A DNA stretch of 64,000 bases from an uncultured delta proteobacterium (GTDB taxonomy: Bacteria; Myxococcota_A; Polyangia; Fen-1088). The notes under the pieces were generated by a model. It saw only the letters and a program-made list of their open reading frames with translations, made no database searches and was not told where the DNA came from. Within the stretch, counting starts at the first letter, position 1. Each line of letters opens with the position of its first letter. Where the stretch lies: positions 160,001 to 224,000 of the forward strand of contig CAVYGB010000006.1 of NCBI GenBank assembly GCA_963767925.1. Direction: 5' to 3'. This document shows, piece by piece, positions 18,064 to 27,572 of the stretch. Position numbers and translations under genes: made by a program.

Positions 18064-19602
18064 ATGAAGCTCGCGCCCGCCCTCATGGTCCAGGGCACCG
18101 CCTCCTCGGTGGGCAAGAGCCTCATCACCACCGCGCTCTGCCGCCTGTTCCGGCAGGAGGGCCTGCGGGTCCTCCCCTTCAAGTCGCAGAACATGGCCCT
18201 CAACTCCTTCGTCACCCCCGAAGGGGGCGAGATCGGCCGGGCTCAGGCCGTGCAGGCGGAGGCGGCCGGCGTGCCCCCCCACGTCGACATGAACCCCATC
18301 CTCCTCAAGCCCGAGGGGGACTCTCGCTCGCAGGTGGTGGTGCTGGGCCGGTCGATCGGCAGCCTGTCGGCCGTCGAATACCACCGCCGCAAGCCCGAGC
18401 TGCGCGCCCTCATCGCCGACTGCCTCGAGCGCCTGCGCCGCCGCTGCGACCTGCTGGTCATCGAGGGGGCGGGCAGCCCCGCCGAGATCAACCTGCGGGC
18501 CAACGACATCGTGAACATGCACGTGGCCCGGGCCGCCGGCGCCCGCGTCATCCTGGTGGGGGACATCGACCGGGGGGGCGTGTTCGCCGCCTTCGTGGGG
18601 ACGATCGAGCTGCTCGAGCCGGATGAGCGCCAGCGGCTGTGCGCCTTCCTGATCAACAAGTTCCGGGGCGACCGCGCCTTGCTCGAGCCGGGCCTGGACT
18701 TTCTCACCGGCCGCACCGGCTTGCCGGTGCTGGGGGTGCTGCCCTTCCTGCCCAACCTGCGCATCGCCGACGAGGACTCGCTGTCGCTCGACCACCGGCG
18801 GCTGCGGCGGCGGGCCGCCGCCGACGAGCTGGACATCGCCGTGATCCGGCTGCCCCGCATCTCCAACTTCGACGACTTCGACCCGCTCGATCACGAGCCC
18901 GGGGTGGCTCTCCGCTTCGTCGAAGATCCCCGCAGCCTGGCCGGCGCCGACCTGGTGGTGCTGCCGGGCTCCAAGAGCACGGTGGCCGACCTGGCCTGGC
19001 TGCGCCGCTCGGGCCTGGCCGAGGCGGTCGCCGCCCGGGCCGGCCGGGGCGAGGCCGTGCTGGGCATCTGCGGGGGCTGCCAGATGCTGGGCCTGTCGAT
19101 CGAGGACCCCGACGGATCCGAGTCGCCCGAGCCCCGGGTCGAAGGGCTGGGGCTCCTGCCCATCCGGACCCGCTTCCGGCGCGACAAGCTCACCGCCCAG
19201 GTGAAGGCCCGGCCCGACGCGCCCAGTTTCCTCACCGAGGGCCTGGGCCGCACCGCCGACCTGTCGGGCTACGAGATCCACATGGGGGAGGTCGAGGCCG
19301 CCGGCGCCGACCCCGCCCCCGCCTTCCAGATCCTGAGCCGCAACGCCGCTCCCCTGCAGGCCCCCGACGGCGCGGTCTCGCCCGACGGACGGGTGGTGGG
19401 GACCCTCATCCACGGCCTGTTCGAGAACGATGACCTGCGCGCCGCCCTGCTGGCCTCCCTGCGCCGGACCCGCGGCCTGCCCGCGCCGGCCGCCTCGACC
19501 GAGAAGCCCGACAAGCAGGCAGAATACGACCGCCTGGCGGCCAGCCTGCGCGAGCACGTCGACATGGCGCTGCTGCGCCGGGCGGCCAGCCTGCCGGCCT
19601 GA
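18064..19602 (+). CDS. cbiP: Cobyric acid synthase
   Basis: MVQGTASSVGKS, PFKSQNMALNS, EGAGSPAEINL, PRISNFDD, GICGG, GYEIH, GTLIHGLF. Confidence 0.96.
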   Translation: MKLAPALMVQGTASSVGKSLITTALCRLFRQEGLRVLPFKSQNMALNSFVTPEGGEIGRAQAVQAEAAGVPPHVDMNPILLKPEGDSRSQVVVLGRSIGSLSAVEYHRRKPELRALIADCLERLRRRCDLLVIEGAGSPAEINLRANDIVNMHVARAAGARVILVGDIDRGGVFAAFVGTIELLEPDERQRLCAFLINKFRGDRALLEPGLDFLTGRTGLPVLGVLPFLPNLRIADEDSLSLDHRRLRRRAAADELDIAVIRLPRISNFDDFDPLDHEPGVALRFVEDPRSLAGADLVVLPGSKSTVADLAWLRRSGLAEAVAARAGRGEAVLGICGGCQMLGLSIEDPDGSESPEPRVEGLGLLPIRTRFRRDKLTAQVKARPDAPSFLTEGLGRTADLSGYEIHMGEVEAAGADPAPAFQILSRNAAPLQAPDGAVSPDGRVVGTLIHGLFENDDLRAALLASLRRTRGLPAPAASTEKPDKQAEYDRLAASLREHVDMALLRRAASLPA

Positions 19603-19612
19603 CCGACGGGTC

Positions 19613-20089
19613 ATGAGCAAGACCAACGCCGCCCGCATCCTCGACCGACTGGGCATCCCCTACGAGCTGCGCGACTACCTGGTGGACGAGGACGACCTGT
19701 CGGCGGCCAACGTGGCCGCCAAGGTGGGCCTGCCCCTCGATCAGGTGTGGAAGACCCTCCTGGCCCGCGGCGACCGCAGCGGCCCGCTGTTCGCCGTCCT
19801 GCCCGGCAGCGGCGAGCTCGACCTCAAGGGGCTGGCCCGCCTCTCGGGCGACCGCAAGGTCGAGCTGGTGCCGCTCAAGGAGGTGCAGCCCCTGACCGGC
19901 TACATCCGCGGAGGGGTCACCGTCCTCGGCGCCCGCAAGGCCTTCCCCGTCTTCATCGACGAGACCATGGAGCTGTTCGATCGGGTGGCGGTCTCGGCCG
20001 GCGTGCGCGGCACCCAGATCGTCCTCGACCCGAAGGCCTACCTCCGGGCGGTGGCGGGCACCCTGGGGCCCATCGCCCAGATCCGGTGA
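19613..20089 (+). CDS. ybaK: Cys-tRNA(Pro) deacylase
   Basis: KTNAARIL, VWKTL, ELDLK, LTGYIRGGVT, VSAGVRG. Confidence 0.9.
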   Translation: MSKTNAARILDRLGIPYELRDYLVDEDDLSAANVAAKVGLPLDQVWKTLLARGDRSGPLFAVLPGSGELDLKGLARLSGDRKVELVPLKEVQPLTGYIRGGVTVLGARKAFPVFIDETMELFDRVAVSAGVRGTQIVLDPKAYLRAVAGTLGPIAQIR

Positions 20090-20102
20090 GCGGCGGTGCG
20101 CT

Positions 20103-20741
20103 TCAGAACGAAAGCGCGAGCACCGGCACCGTCACCTCGCCCGGCGCGCGCGCCCGGCGGCTCCGCTCCGGATCGAGCCGCCCCCGGCGCAGCGGCGGCG
20201 CCGCCGGCAGCCAGGCGACCGCGCTGGCCGCCCGCGGCTCCTTCCAGACGTGCCAGAAGATCATCGAGGTCACGGGCTGCACGATCAGCCAGGCCAGCGC
20301 CACGCCGCCCAGCCCCGCCCAGAACGCGCCCATGTCCATCTGGTCGTCCCCCAGGTAAGCCCCGATGACGAAGGCGGGGAAGATGGTGAGCGCGCCCAGG
20401 TAGGCCCCCAGGATGGGCGCGCCACAGCCGCCCGTGTAGCGCGGGCTGCGGCGACCCATCCAGCAGACCACCCCCCCGACCGCCGCGGGGGCGGCGAGCA
20501 CGGCCACCGGCGAGGCCGGCCCGATCAGCGCGGACGCCATGATCAGGAGGAACGCGAAGCCCCCGCCGAGCAGGACCTGCGCCCCGCCGATGACCGGCTC
20601 GCCCCCCCCGGGCGTCACGCTCGGAGCCAGCTCGGTCCGGGGTTGAGCCGCGGCGGGCCCCGCCGAAAACGAGAGCGCGGCGATCATCACCGGGACCAGC
20701 AACCTGCGCAGGGGGGAAGGGAAGCTCGTCGTACGCGACAT
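20103..20741 (-). CDS. Hypothetical membrane/secreted protein
   Basis: Signal-like N-terminus followed by several Gly/Ala-rich hydrophobic segments. Confidence 0.6.
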   Translation of the reverse strand: MSRTTSFPSPLRRLLVPVMIAALSFSAGPAAAQPRTELAPSVTPGGGEPVIGGAQVLLGGGFAFLLIMASALIGPASPVAVLAAPAAVGGVVCWMGRRSPRYTGGCGAPILGAYLGALTIFPAFVIGAYLGDDQMDMGAFWAGLGGVALAWLIVQPVTSMIFWHVWKEPRAASAVAWLPAAPPLRRGRLDPERSRRARAPGEVTVPVLALSF

Positions 20742-20893
20742 GCACCGACCTTCGCACGCCCTTGGGGACAGGGCCTGGGCTGCCTTCACGGGTCACATTT
20801 TTTGTCAGCCGGCTGGCGATGGCCAAATGCGACGTGTCGTCCCCGCCGCTCGCGCCGGCCGCGCCTCGGTGTAGACTTCCAGAGCCGGGAAAA

Positions 20894-22657
20894 ATGATCA
20901 GAGGGACACCGGTATCGTCGGGGATCGCCCAGGGCACAGCCTTCGTGGTCGCCTGCTCCGACAGCTCGGCCGCTCCCATGCGGCGCATCGCCGCGTCGGA
21001 GGTTCGGGGTGAGCAGGATCGCTTCGAGCGGGCGGTGGACCGTGCCGAGCAGGAGCTCGTCGCGCTCAAGGAGGCGGTCGGCCACCGGGTCGGCCCCAGC
21101 GAGGCCGACATCTTCACCGCCCAGGCGATGGTGCTGCGGGATCCCTCGTTTCACCAGCAGGTGCGGCGGCTGGTCGAGGAGAAGCAGGTCAACGTCGAGT
21201 CGGCCATCTCCGAGGTGATCGACAGCTTCACCAGGACCTTCGAGAAGATCCCCGACCCCTACCTGCGTGAGCGGGCGGCCGACATCCGCGACGTCGGCCG
21301 GCGCGTGCTGTCGACCCTCGCCGAGGGCCCCGGGCGCGATTGCGTCGACGTGCCCGAGGGGGCGGTGGTTGTCAGCGAGGAGCTGCTCCCCTCGGCCACC
21401 GCCCACCTCGAGCTGGCCGAGGTGCGCGCCTTCGTCACCGAGCGGGGGGGCAAGTTCTCGCACACCGCCATCCTGGCCCGCTCGATGGGCACCCCGGCCG
21501 TCTCGGGCGCGCCCGAGGTGACGACCCGGATCAAGACCGGCGACCGGCTCATCGTCGACGGGTTCGCCGGGCTGATCTACGTCAACCCCAACGACCGGGT
21601 GCGCTCGGAGTACGACCGGCTCGAGGCGGAGGTGCGGGCCTACAAGCAGGAGCTGCGGCAGCTGGTCAACCTCCCGGCCAGCACCCTCGATGGCACCGCC
21701 ATCGCGCTCTACGCCAACGTCAGCAAATACGCCGACACCGAGGCGGCGCTGATGTACAACGCCGAGGGGATCGGCCTTTATCGGACCGAGTTCGGATTCT
21801 CGGTGCGGCCGTCCTTCCCCACCGAGGACGAGCAATACGAGTTCCTCAAGCGGGCGGCCGAGCGGCTGCACCCGCGGCGGGTCGTGTTCCGCCTGCTCGA
21901 CCTGGGCGGCGACAAGGAGCTCTCGTATTTCCCCCTGCCGCACACCCGCAACCCCTCGCTGGCCGACCGGGGCATCCGCCTGCTCCTGAAACATCCGGAG
22001 ATCCTGCGGGCGCAGCTCCGGGCCTTCCTGCGGGTCAGCGGCGAGCACCCGGTCTCGGTGCTGCTGCCCGTGGTGGCCGGCCTGAGCGAGGTGCGCCGGG
22101 TGCGGGCCCTGCTGACCGAGGTGCAGGCCGAGCTGAGGAGCGAGGGCAAGGCCTTCGACGCCGCCATTCCCCTGGGGGCCATGATCGAGGTGCCGGCCGC
22201 CGCCCTGATCGCCGAGGCGCTGTCCCGGGAGGTCGACTTCTTCAGCCTGGGGACCAACGACCTCGTGCAGTACCTGCTGGCCGCCGACCGCCAGGACGAC
22301 AACGCCTCCACCTACTATCAGCCCCTGCACCCGGCCGTCCTGCAGCTCCTGTCCACCCTCGCCGCCACCTCGCAGCGGCTGGGCCGGAAGCTCACCCTGT
22401 GCGGCGAGATGGCGGGCGTCTCCGACTACACGGAGCTGCTGCTGGGCCTCGGCCTGCGCGAGCTCAGCGTGGCCCCCGGCGAGCTGCTCGACGTGAAGAA
22501 CGCCATTCGCAAGACCAGCCTCGACCGGGCCCACGCGCTCGCGCAGGCCGCGCTGGCCCTCGGCACCGCCGAGGAGGTAGAGGACCTGCTGGCCGCGCGC
22601 CGGCTGGAACAGGGGCCGGGTTCCTGGCGGGTCTCGGGCGAGCGGCTGAGCGGCTGA
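20894..22657 (+). CDS. ptsI: PEP-protein phosphotransferase (PTS enzyme I)
   Basis: GGKFSHTAILAR (phospho-His), EGIGLYRTEF, DLGGDK, GAMIEVP, FFSLGTNDL, CGEMAG. Confidence 0.93.
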   Translation: MIRGTPVSSGIAQGTAFVVACSDSSAAPMRRIAASEVRGEQDRFERAVDRAEQELVALKEAVGHRVGPSEADIFTAQAMVLRDPSFHQQVRRLVEEKQVNVESAISEVIDSFTRTFEKIPDPYLRERAADIRDVGRRVLSTLAEGPGRDCVDVPEGAVVVSEELLPSATAHLELAEVRAFVTERGGKFSHTAILARSMGTPAVSGAPEVTTRIKTGDRLIVDGFAGLIYVNPNDRVRSEYDRLEAEVRAYKQELRQLVNLPASTLDGTAIALYANVSKYADTEAALMYNAEGIGLYRTEFGFSVRPSFPTEDEQYEFLKRAAERLHPRRVVFRLLDLGGDKELSYFPLPHTRNPSLADRGIRLLLKHPEILRAQLRAFLRVSGEHPVSVLLPVVAGLSEVRRVRALLTEVQAELRSEGKAFDAAIPLGAMIEVPAAALIAEALSREVDFFSLGTNDLVQYLLAADRQDDNASTYYQPLHPAVLQLLSTLAATSQRLGRKLTLCGEMAGVSDYTELLLGLGLRELSVAPGELLDVKNAIRKTSLDRAHALAQAALALGTAEEVEDLLAARRLEQGPGSWRVSGERLSG

Positions 22658-22737
22658 GCGGTAAGCATCAGATTGTCGGGAAACCCGTGCACACCCACGG
22701 GAACCGTGAGACGTGCACGAAATTCTCCGCTCACCCC

Positions 22738-23511
22738 TCAGGCCTCCGCCGGCGCACCCACCGTGCGGGCCGCCTCCTCCAACGTATGCAGCTCCTCGAA
22801 CAGCCCCGGCAAGGGCAACTCGTCGGCCAGCGCCGCCGTCGTCGACTGCCGCAAGTCGACCGCCATCAACGCCGGCGCCAGGGCCTCCAGCCCGCCCAGG
22901 ATGGCCTCCAGCTTGGCCAGCAGCAACGACCGGCAGTTGTCGGCGTACTCGAGGGAGGCGAGCCGCCCGCCGAGCGCGCGCAGGGCGCTCTCGTATTCGA
23001 TCCGCGCCGGGGGAAGGGCCCGCGCCGCCATCCGCTCGACCCGGGCGATCTCCTCGCGCACCGGCGGGATGGGGTCCATCCCCAGGTAGCGGCTCACCCG
23101 CTCGAGCAGCCCGAGGAGGTGGACCGCGCTCCCCTCGAGCAGGCAGGCCCGCTCGAGCAGCGTCTCGGCGCTGGCCCGGGCATAAGGCGGCAAGCTCTTT
23201 TCCACCGCCAGCCGCTCGACGCGCGCCTTCTCGATCCGGCTCAGCAGATCGCGGGCCTGGCTGTCCGAGAGCGCGTGGCAAGAGGGCAAGGCAGGCGGCG
23301 CCCGCCGCAGATCGACCATCGCCTCGCGCCAGCGGTGGGGCCGCCCCAGGTCGACCGCCATCGCCACCAGGTATCCGCCGAGGGCCATGGCCCCCAGGGT
23401 CCCCGACTGCATCACGAGGGCGCTCAGGGCGGCGACGCCCGACAGGCTGAGACTCACCCGGTTGGTCGCCGCCCGGAACATGGCCCGCACCAGCACCTTT
23501 CCCCGTTGCAT
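22738..23511 (-). CDS. Hypothetical protein with N-terminal membrane anchor and helical domain
   Basis: RBS GGAGG before ATG; coding-like composition; no family recognised. Confidence 0.6.
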   Translation of the reverse strand: MQRGKVLVRAMFRAATNRVSLSLSGVAALSALVMQSGTLGAMALGGYLVAMAVDLGRPHRWREAMVDLRRAPPALPSCHALSDSQARDLLSRIEKARVERLAVEKSLPPYARASAETLLERACLLEGSAVHLLGLLERVSRYLGMDPIPPVREEIARVERMAARALPPARIEYESALRALGGRLASLEYADNCRSLLLAKLEAILGGLEALAPALMAVDLRQSTTAALADELPLPGLFEELHTLEEAARTVGAPAEA

Positions 23512-23647
23512 CGTACCTCCCGGCGTCTCCGCGATCGCCTCTCTACGAGGTGCGTCCGCCCCGCCCCCCCGCGCCGCTGGGCCGCCGAGATTCAGTGAAC
23601 GCCGTAGCCCAGGGCGGGCGCCGGCGTCCCCCGATAGAGGCCGGTTG

Positions 23648-24001
23648 CTAGGGACAGCCGGGACAGTGCTGCTGGACCGTGCTGAGGAGGCGGGCCATGT
23701 TCATCGGCTTTTTCATGATGAGCAGGCCGCTGGGCGCGCGCGAAGGATCGGAGGTCATCACGATGACCGGCACGTTGACCAGGCGGGGCTCCTGCTGCAT
23801 CGCCTGGTAGACCTCGTTGCCGCCCAGCACGGGCATCAGGAGATCCAGCAGGACCACGCAGGGGGCCTCCCCGTCGTGGAGACGGTCGAGGGCCTCCGCC
23901 CCGTTGGCCGCGGTGGCCACCGTGAAGCCCTCCTCCTGGAAGAACTCCTCCAGGGTCTCGCGGATCTCCCGCTCGTCGTCGACGATGAGCACTTTCTTCA
24001 T
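23648..24001 (-). CDS. Single-domain response regulator
   Basis: VLIVDDE, VLLDLLMP, VIVMT, KP; overlaps the kinase stop. Confidence 0.92.
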   Translation of the reverse strand: MKKVLIVDDEREIRETLEEFFQEEGFTVATAANGAEALDRLHDGEAPCVVLLDLLMPVLGGNEVYQAMQQEPRLVNVPVIVMTSDPSRAPSGLLIMKKPMNMARLLSTVQQHCPGCP

Positions 24002-27000
24002 GAACCCTCGATCGGGCGAGGCAACGTGACCAGGAACCGCGTCCCGCTGGCCGCGCTCGAGGTGACCTCGATCTGGCCCCCGTGCGCCTCGACGATCTGC
24101 TTGCTGATGTACAGGCCCAGCCCCAGCCCCTGCGAGCCGTCGCGCCGGCGCTCCCCGCCGGTCATCGGCTCGAACAGCTTGCCGAGCAGGGCGGGCGGGA
24201 TCTCCCCCCCGTTGCGCACCTCGACCCGGATCCTGGCCGCCTCCACCCCGTCGACCCGGACCTCCACCCCGCGCTCGGGCACCCCGTGCTGGAGGGCGTT
24301 GCCCATCAGGTTGGAGAACACCTGCGACAGGCGGTCGAGGTCGAAGTTGCCCTCGCCCCGGCCCCGCAGGTCGAGCCGCAGCGCCGCCGGATGGGCCTGC
24401 TCCAGCTCGTCGGTGATCTGGCGCAGCACCGCGAACAGGTCGACCGGGGCGAGCTGCAGGGGGATGCCCGCCCCCACCCGCACCCGGGTAAAGTCGAGGA
24501 GCTGATCGATCATCCGCGCCATGCGGGTGCCGCTGGTGAGGATGCGGGAGATGGGCCGGGCCACCTTGCCCCCCTCGTCGCGCCGGAGGGCCAGCTCGGC
24601 CGAGGCCATGATCGCCCCCAGCGGGTTGCGCAGGTCGTGCCCCAGGATCCCGGCGAACATCTCGTTGAAGCGCACGGTCTGCTCGAGCTGGCTCACGCTG
24701 GCGAAGCGGGCGCAGGCCGCGGCGACGTGGTTGGCGATGGCGGAGGCCATGTCGATCTGGGCGGGGGCACAGTCCCGGGGATCGCCGTGATAGACCATGA
24801 ACTTTCCGATGAGGCGCCCGCCCGCCACCAGCGGGATGAAGGCCAGCGATCCGATCTTCTCGGCCCGGAAGACCGGGAGGTGGGGGGCGAGGGTCTCGTC
24901 CCGCTCCACGTCGGGGACCAGGATAGCCTGCGGGTTGACGGCGTCGGGCCGCCAGGGGGAGTGGCCCTCGACCGCCGCCCGGTACCCGTCGGACAGCCCC
25001 CGCCAGGCCCGAAAGCGCATGATCCCCTCGGCGTCCTGGAGCAGGATCGAGCAGCGGCGGGTGTCGAGAGCCCGCTCGATGGCGTCGAGCGCGGGATCGA
25101 ACACCTGCTCCACGCTCCGCGCCTCGATCACCGCGCGGGCCAGCCCGTAGAGCAACTCCGCCCGCAGGCGGGCCTGCTGGTTGTCGGCGTACAGGCGGTT
25201 GCCCTGGATGGCCATGCTGGCCCGTTCGGCCAGCTCCTCGAACAGGTACTTGTCGTCCTCGCCGTAGCTGCTCGAGCCCGCCATGCGCAGGGCGACCAGG
25301 GTGCCCAGCACCCGCCCGGGCGCCCGCAGGGGCACGGCGATCAGGCTGTGCGGGAGGTAGCGCTCGACGAAGGGACGGAACGGCCGGTAAGACGCGGCCA
25401 GCAGGGCGTCCTTGTCGAGGGTGGGCAGGAAGATCGTCTCGCCGGTCGCGGCCACCTTGCCGGTGATCCCCTCGCCCACCTTCATGGGCCCCATCTCCAT
25501 CAAGGAGCGCACCATCCCCAGCGCGGCGGGATCCCGGTGGTGGACGGCGGCCAGCTCCAGGGTATCGCCCCGATCGGAGAGCAGCAGGATGGCGCAGGCG
25601 TCGGCGTGCTGGACCGTCACCTGCTCGGCGATGGCCTGCAGCAACTGGGGCAGGTCGTGGCGGGCCTCGGAGAAGGCCCGCGAGGCCCGGCTGAGCAGCT
25701 CGAGGCGGGCGGCGGCCGACTCGGCCTGGGCCCGGCTGTCGCGCTCCATCTCCAGCAGGCGCAGCCGCTCGAGGGCCTGGCCGCTGTAGCGGGCCACCAG
25801 CAACATCAGATCACGCTGCTCGCGATCGACGGCCGGCGTCCCCTCGAAGGTGAGGCCCAGGCCCCCGATGGCCGTCCCCCGGACGACGATGGGGAGGCAG
25901 GAGATCCGGTAGGCCCGTCCGGGGGTCACCAGGGCCGCCAGGTGGGGATAACGCTCGAGCAGCTCGGGCTGCGAGGAGATCCAGATCGGCTGCCGCTGGC
26001 GGATCGAGTCGACAACCGGGAGCTGGCCCTCCGAGTCGAGGGGGACCGTCTCGATGGCCGGCCGGTGGGCCGCCGCGTAGCCCACCGCCCGGGCGAGGTG
26101 GGCTTGGCGGCCGTCCCCGGCGACCAGCCAGAGGCCGGCGCTCGAGGCCCCCAGCGCCGCCGCCACCTCGTCGACCAGGGCGGCCTGGACCTGCTCGGGC
26201 GTGACCGCGTCGGCGATGGCGGCGGTGATCTTCATGAGGCGGGCGGTCCGCTCGGCGGTCGCCGCCCGGGCCCGCTCGAGCCGCTTCTGGGCGGTGATGT
26301 CCTGGAGAAAGCAGCGGGTGTGGCCGAACGCGCCGTCCACCCAGTAGATGTTCGAGCTGAGCAGGACCTCCCGGATCGATCCGTCCCGGGCTCGCAAGCG
26401 CACCTCACGGTTGAGGAGCTCCTCGTTGCGCCGCCAGCAGGCCCGGATGTCCTCGGCCACCTCGGGGTCGACGTGGAAGTCGGCGAAGGAGCGGCCGATG
26501 TACTCCTCGGGCGGGTAGCCCAGCACGTCCAGATCGGCCCGGTTGGCCCAGGTGATCCGCCCGTCGGCGCTCACCCACTGCAGGGCGAGGGCGGCGTTGG
26601 TGACGAAGTCCTCGAGGTGATCGTGCCGCCCGCTGAGCTCCCGCTCCTTGCGCCGCAGCTCCTTGACCGTCGCCCGCAGGGCCTTCTCCAGCGCCTTGCG
26701 GTGGGTGATCTCGGCGGCGAGGGCCCGCGCGTGCTGGGGCGGCGAGGCGCTCCCCTCCGGCCGCGGGAGGTCTGCCACCGGCGCGCTCCGGAGCACGTGG
26801 GTGTGGCTGGCGCAGATCGCGTCGAGCTCGGCGGCCTGGTTGAAGTCGCCACCCATCCCGTAGGCGCACAGCAGACAGAAGTCGTGGATGCCCTGCAGCT
26901 CGTTCCACATCTCCTCGAGCCGCAAGGCGCCCCGCGGGTTGCCCGCCCGCCAGAGCAGGTCGACCATCTCGCCATAGGCCCGCACGCGCCCGCGGCCCTC

Positions 27001-27390
27001 CACCGTCGAGCAGCGATCGAGCACCTCGCCCATCACCGCGCGGAAGAGGTCCCAGTCCGGCAGCTCGCCGTTCATGAACCGGGCCAGCGTCTCGCGGGCG
27101 TCGAGGAACACGAGCTGCCCGCCGGTGGCGGCGGCGGTGGGATCGAGCCCCCTATCGCCGAGGCGGGCGCTGATCAGCAGGCGGTGCTCGGGCGAGGCGA
27201 TGACGACGAGCCCGTCGCCCGCCACCAGGCCGGCGGCCAGAAACTCCGCCGCCACCTCGGCCAGGGCGTCCTCGTCCACGTAGAACTGGACGACGTGTCG
27301 CGGCCCCTTTGCCCCGTCGCCCATCGCCACGGCCAGCAGATCGCGTGCGTCCCGGTCGAGCCCGGGCCCGTCCCCGAACGTGAGGGTCAC
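23998..27390 (-). CDS. Cytoplasmic sensor histidine kinase, MEDS-PAS-GAF-GAF-GAF-HisKA-HATPase
   Basis: HVVQFY...RVRAYGEMVDLLW (MEDS); PAS; three GAF-like segments; ILGHDLRNPL, NLMGNALQH, GLGLGL. Confidence 0.9.
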   Translation of the reverse strand: MTLTFGDGPGLDRDARDLLAVAMGDGAKGPRHVVQFYVDEDALAEVAAEFLAAGLVAGDGLVVIASPEHRLLISARLGDRGLDPTAAATGGQLVFLDARETLARFMNGELPDWDLFRAVMGEVLDRCSTVEGRGRVRAYGEMVDLLWRAGNPRGALRLEEMWNELQGIHDFCLLCAYGMGGDFNQAAELDAICASHTHVLRSAPVADLPRPEGSASPPQHARALAAEITHRKALEKALRATVKELRRKERELSGRHDHLEDFVTNAALALQWVSADGRITWANRADLDVLGYPPEEYIGRSFADFHVDPEVAEDIRACWRRNEELLNREVRLRARDGSIREVLLSSNIYWVDGAFGHTRCFLQDITAQKRLERARAATAERTARLMKITAAIADAVTPEQVQAALVDEVAAALGASSAGLWLVAGDGRQAHLARAVGYAAAHRPAIETVPLDSEGQLPVVDSIRQRQPIWISSQPELLERYPHLAALVTPGRAYRISCLPIVVRGTAIGGLGLTFEGTPAVDREQRDLMLLVARYSGQALERLRLLEMERDSRAQAESAAARLELLSRASRAFSEARHDLPQLLQAIAEQVTVQHADACAILLLSDRGDTLELAAVHHRDPAALGMVRSLMEMGPMKVGEGITGKVAATGETIFLPTLDKDALLAASYRPFRPFVERYLPHSLIAVPLRAPGRVLGTLVALRMAGSSSYGEDDKYLFEELAERASMAIQGNRLYADNQQARLRAELLYGLARAVIEARSVEQVFDPALDAIERALDTRRCSILLQDAEGIMRFRAWRGLSDGYRAAVEGHSPWRPDAVNPQAILVPDVERDETLAPHLPVFRAEKIGSLAFIPLVAGGRLIGKFMVYHGDPRDCAPAQIDMASAIANHVAAACARFASVSQLEQTVRFNEMFAGILGHDLRNPLGAIMASAELALRRDEGGKVARPISRILTSGTRMARMIDQLLDFTRVRVGAGIPLQLAPVDLFAVLRQITDELEQAHPAALRLDLRGRGEGNFDLDRLSQVFSNLMGNALQHGVPERGVEVRVDGVEAARIRVEVRNGGEIPPALLGKLFEPMTGGERRRDGSQGLGLGLYISKQIVEAHGGQIEVTSSAASGTRFLVTLPRPIEGS

Positions 27391-27572
27391 GGAAAGGCTC
27401 GCGTCATGCTGGCTCTCCTCCAGATCAAGAAACCCGACCTAGATGAGTATGGTCTCACCTCGGGGCAAGGGGGTAGCCCGAGAAAAATCCCGATGGCGAC
27501 AGACTGGCCAAGACATCCCGCCGCGACGTTTCTCGTTAGCCGACCCCGACGGCAGCCGCACAGGCCGTAAGG

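Noticed and set aside
24082..27570. 1162-aa plus-strand ORF and similar long antisense ORFs across the window
   Set aside because: Shadow ORFs caused by stop-codon scarcity at high GC, lying opposite motif-supported genes
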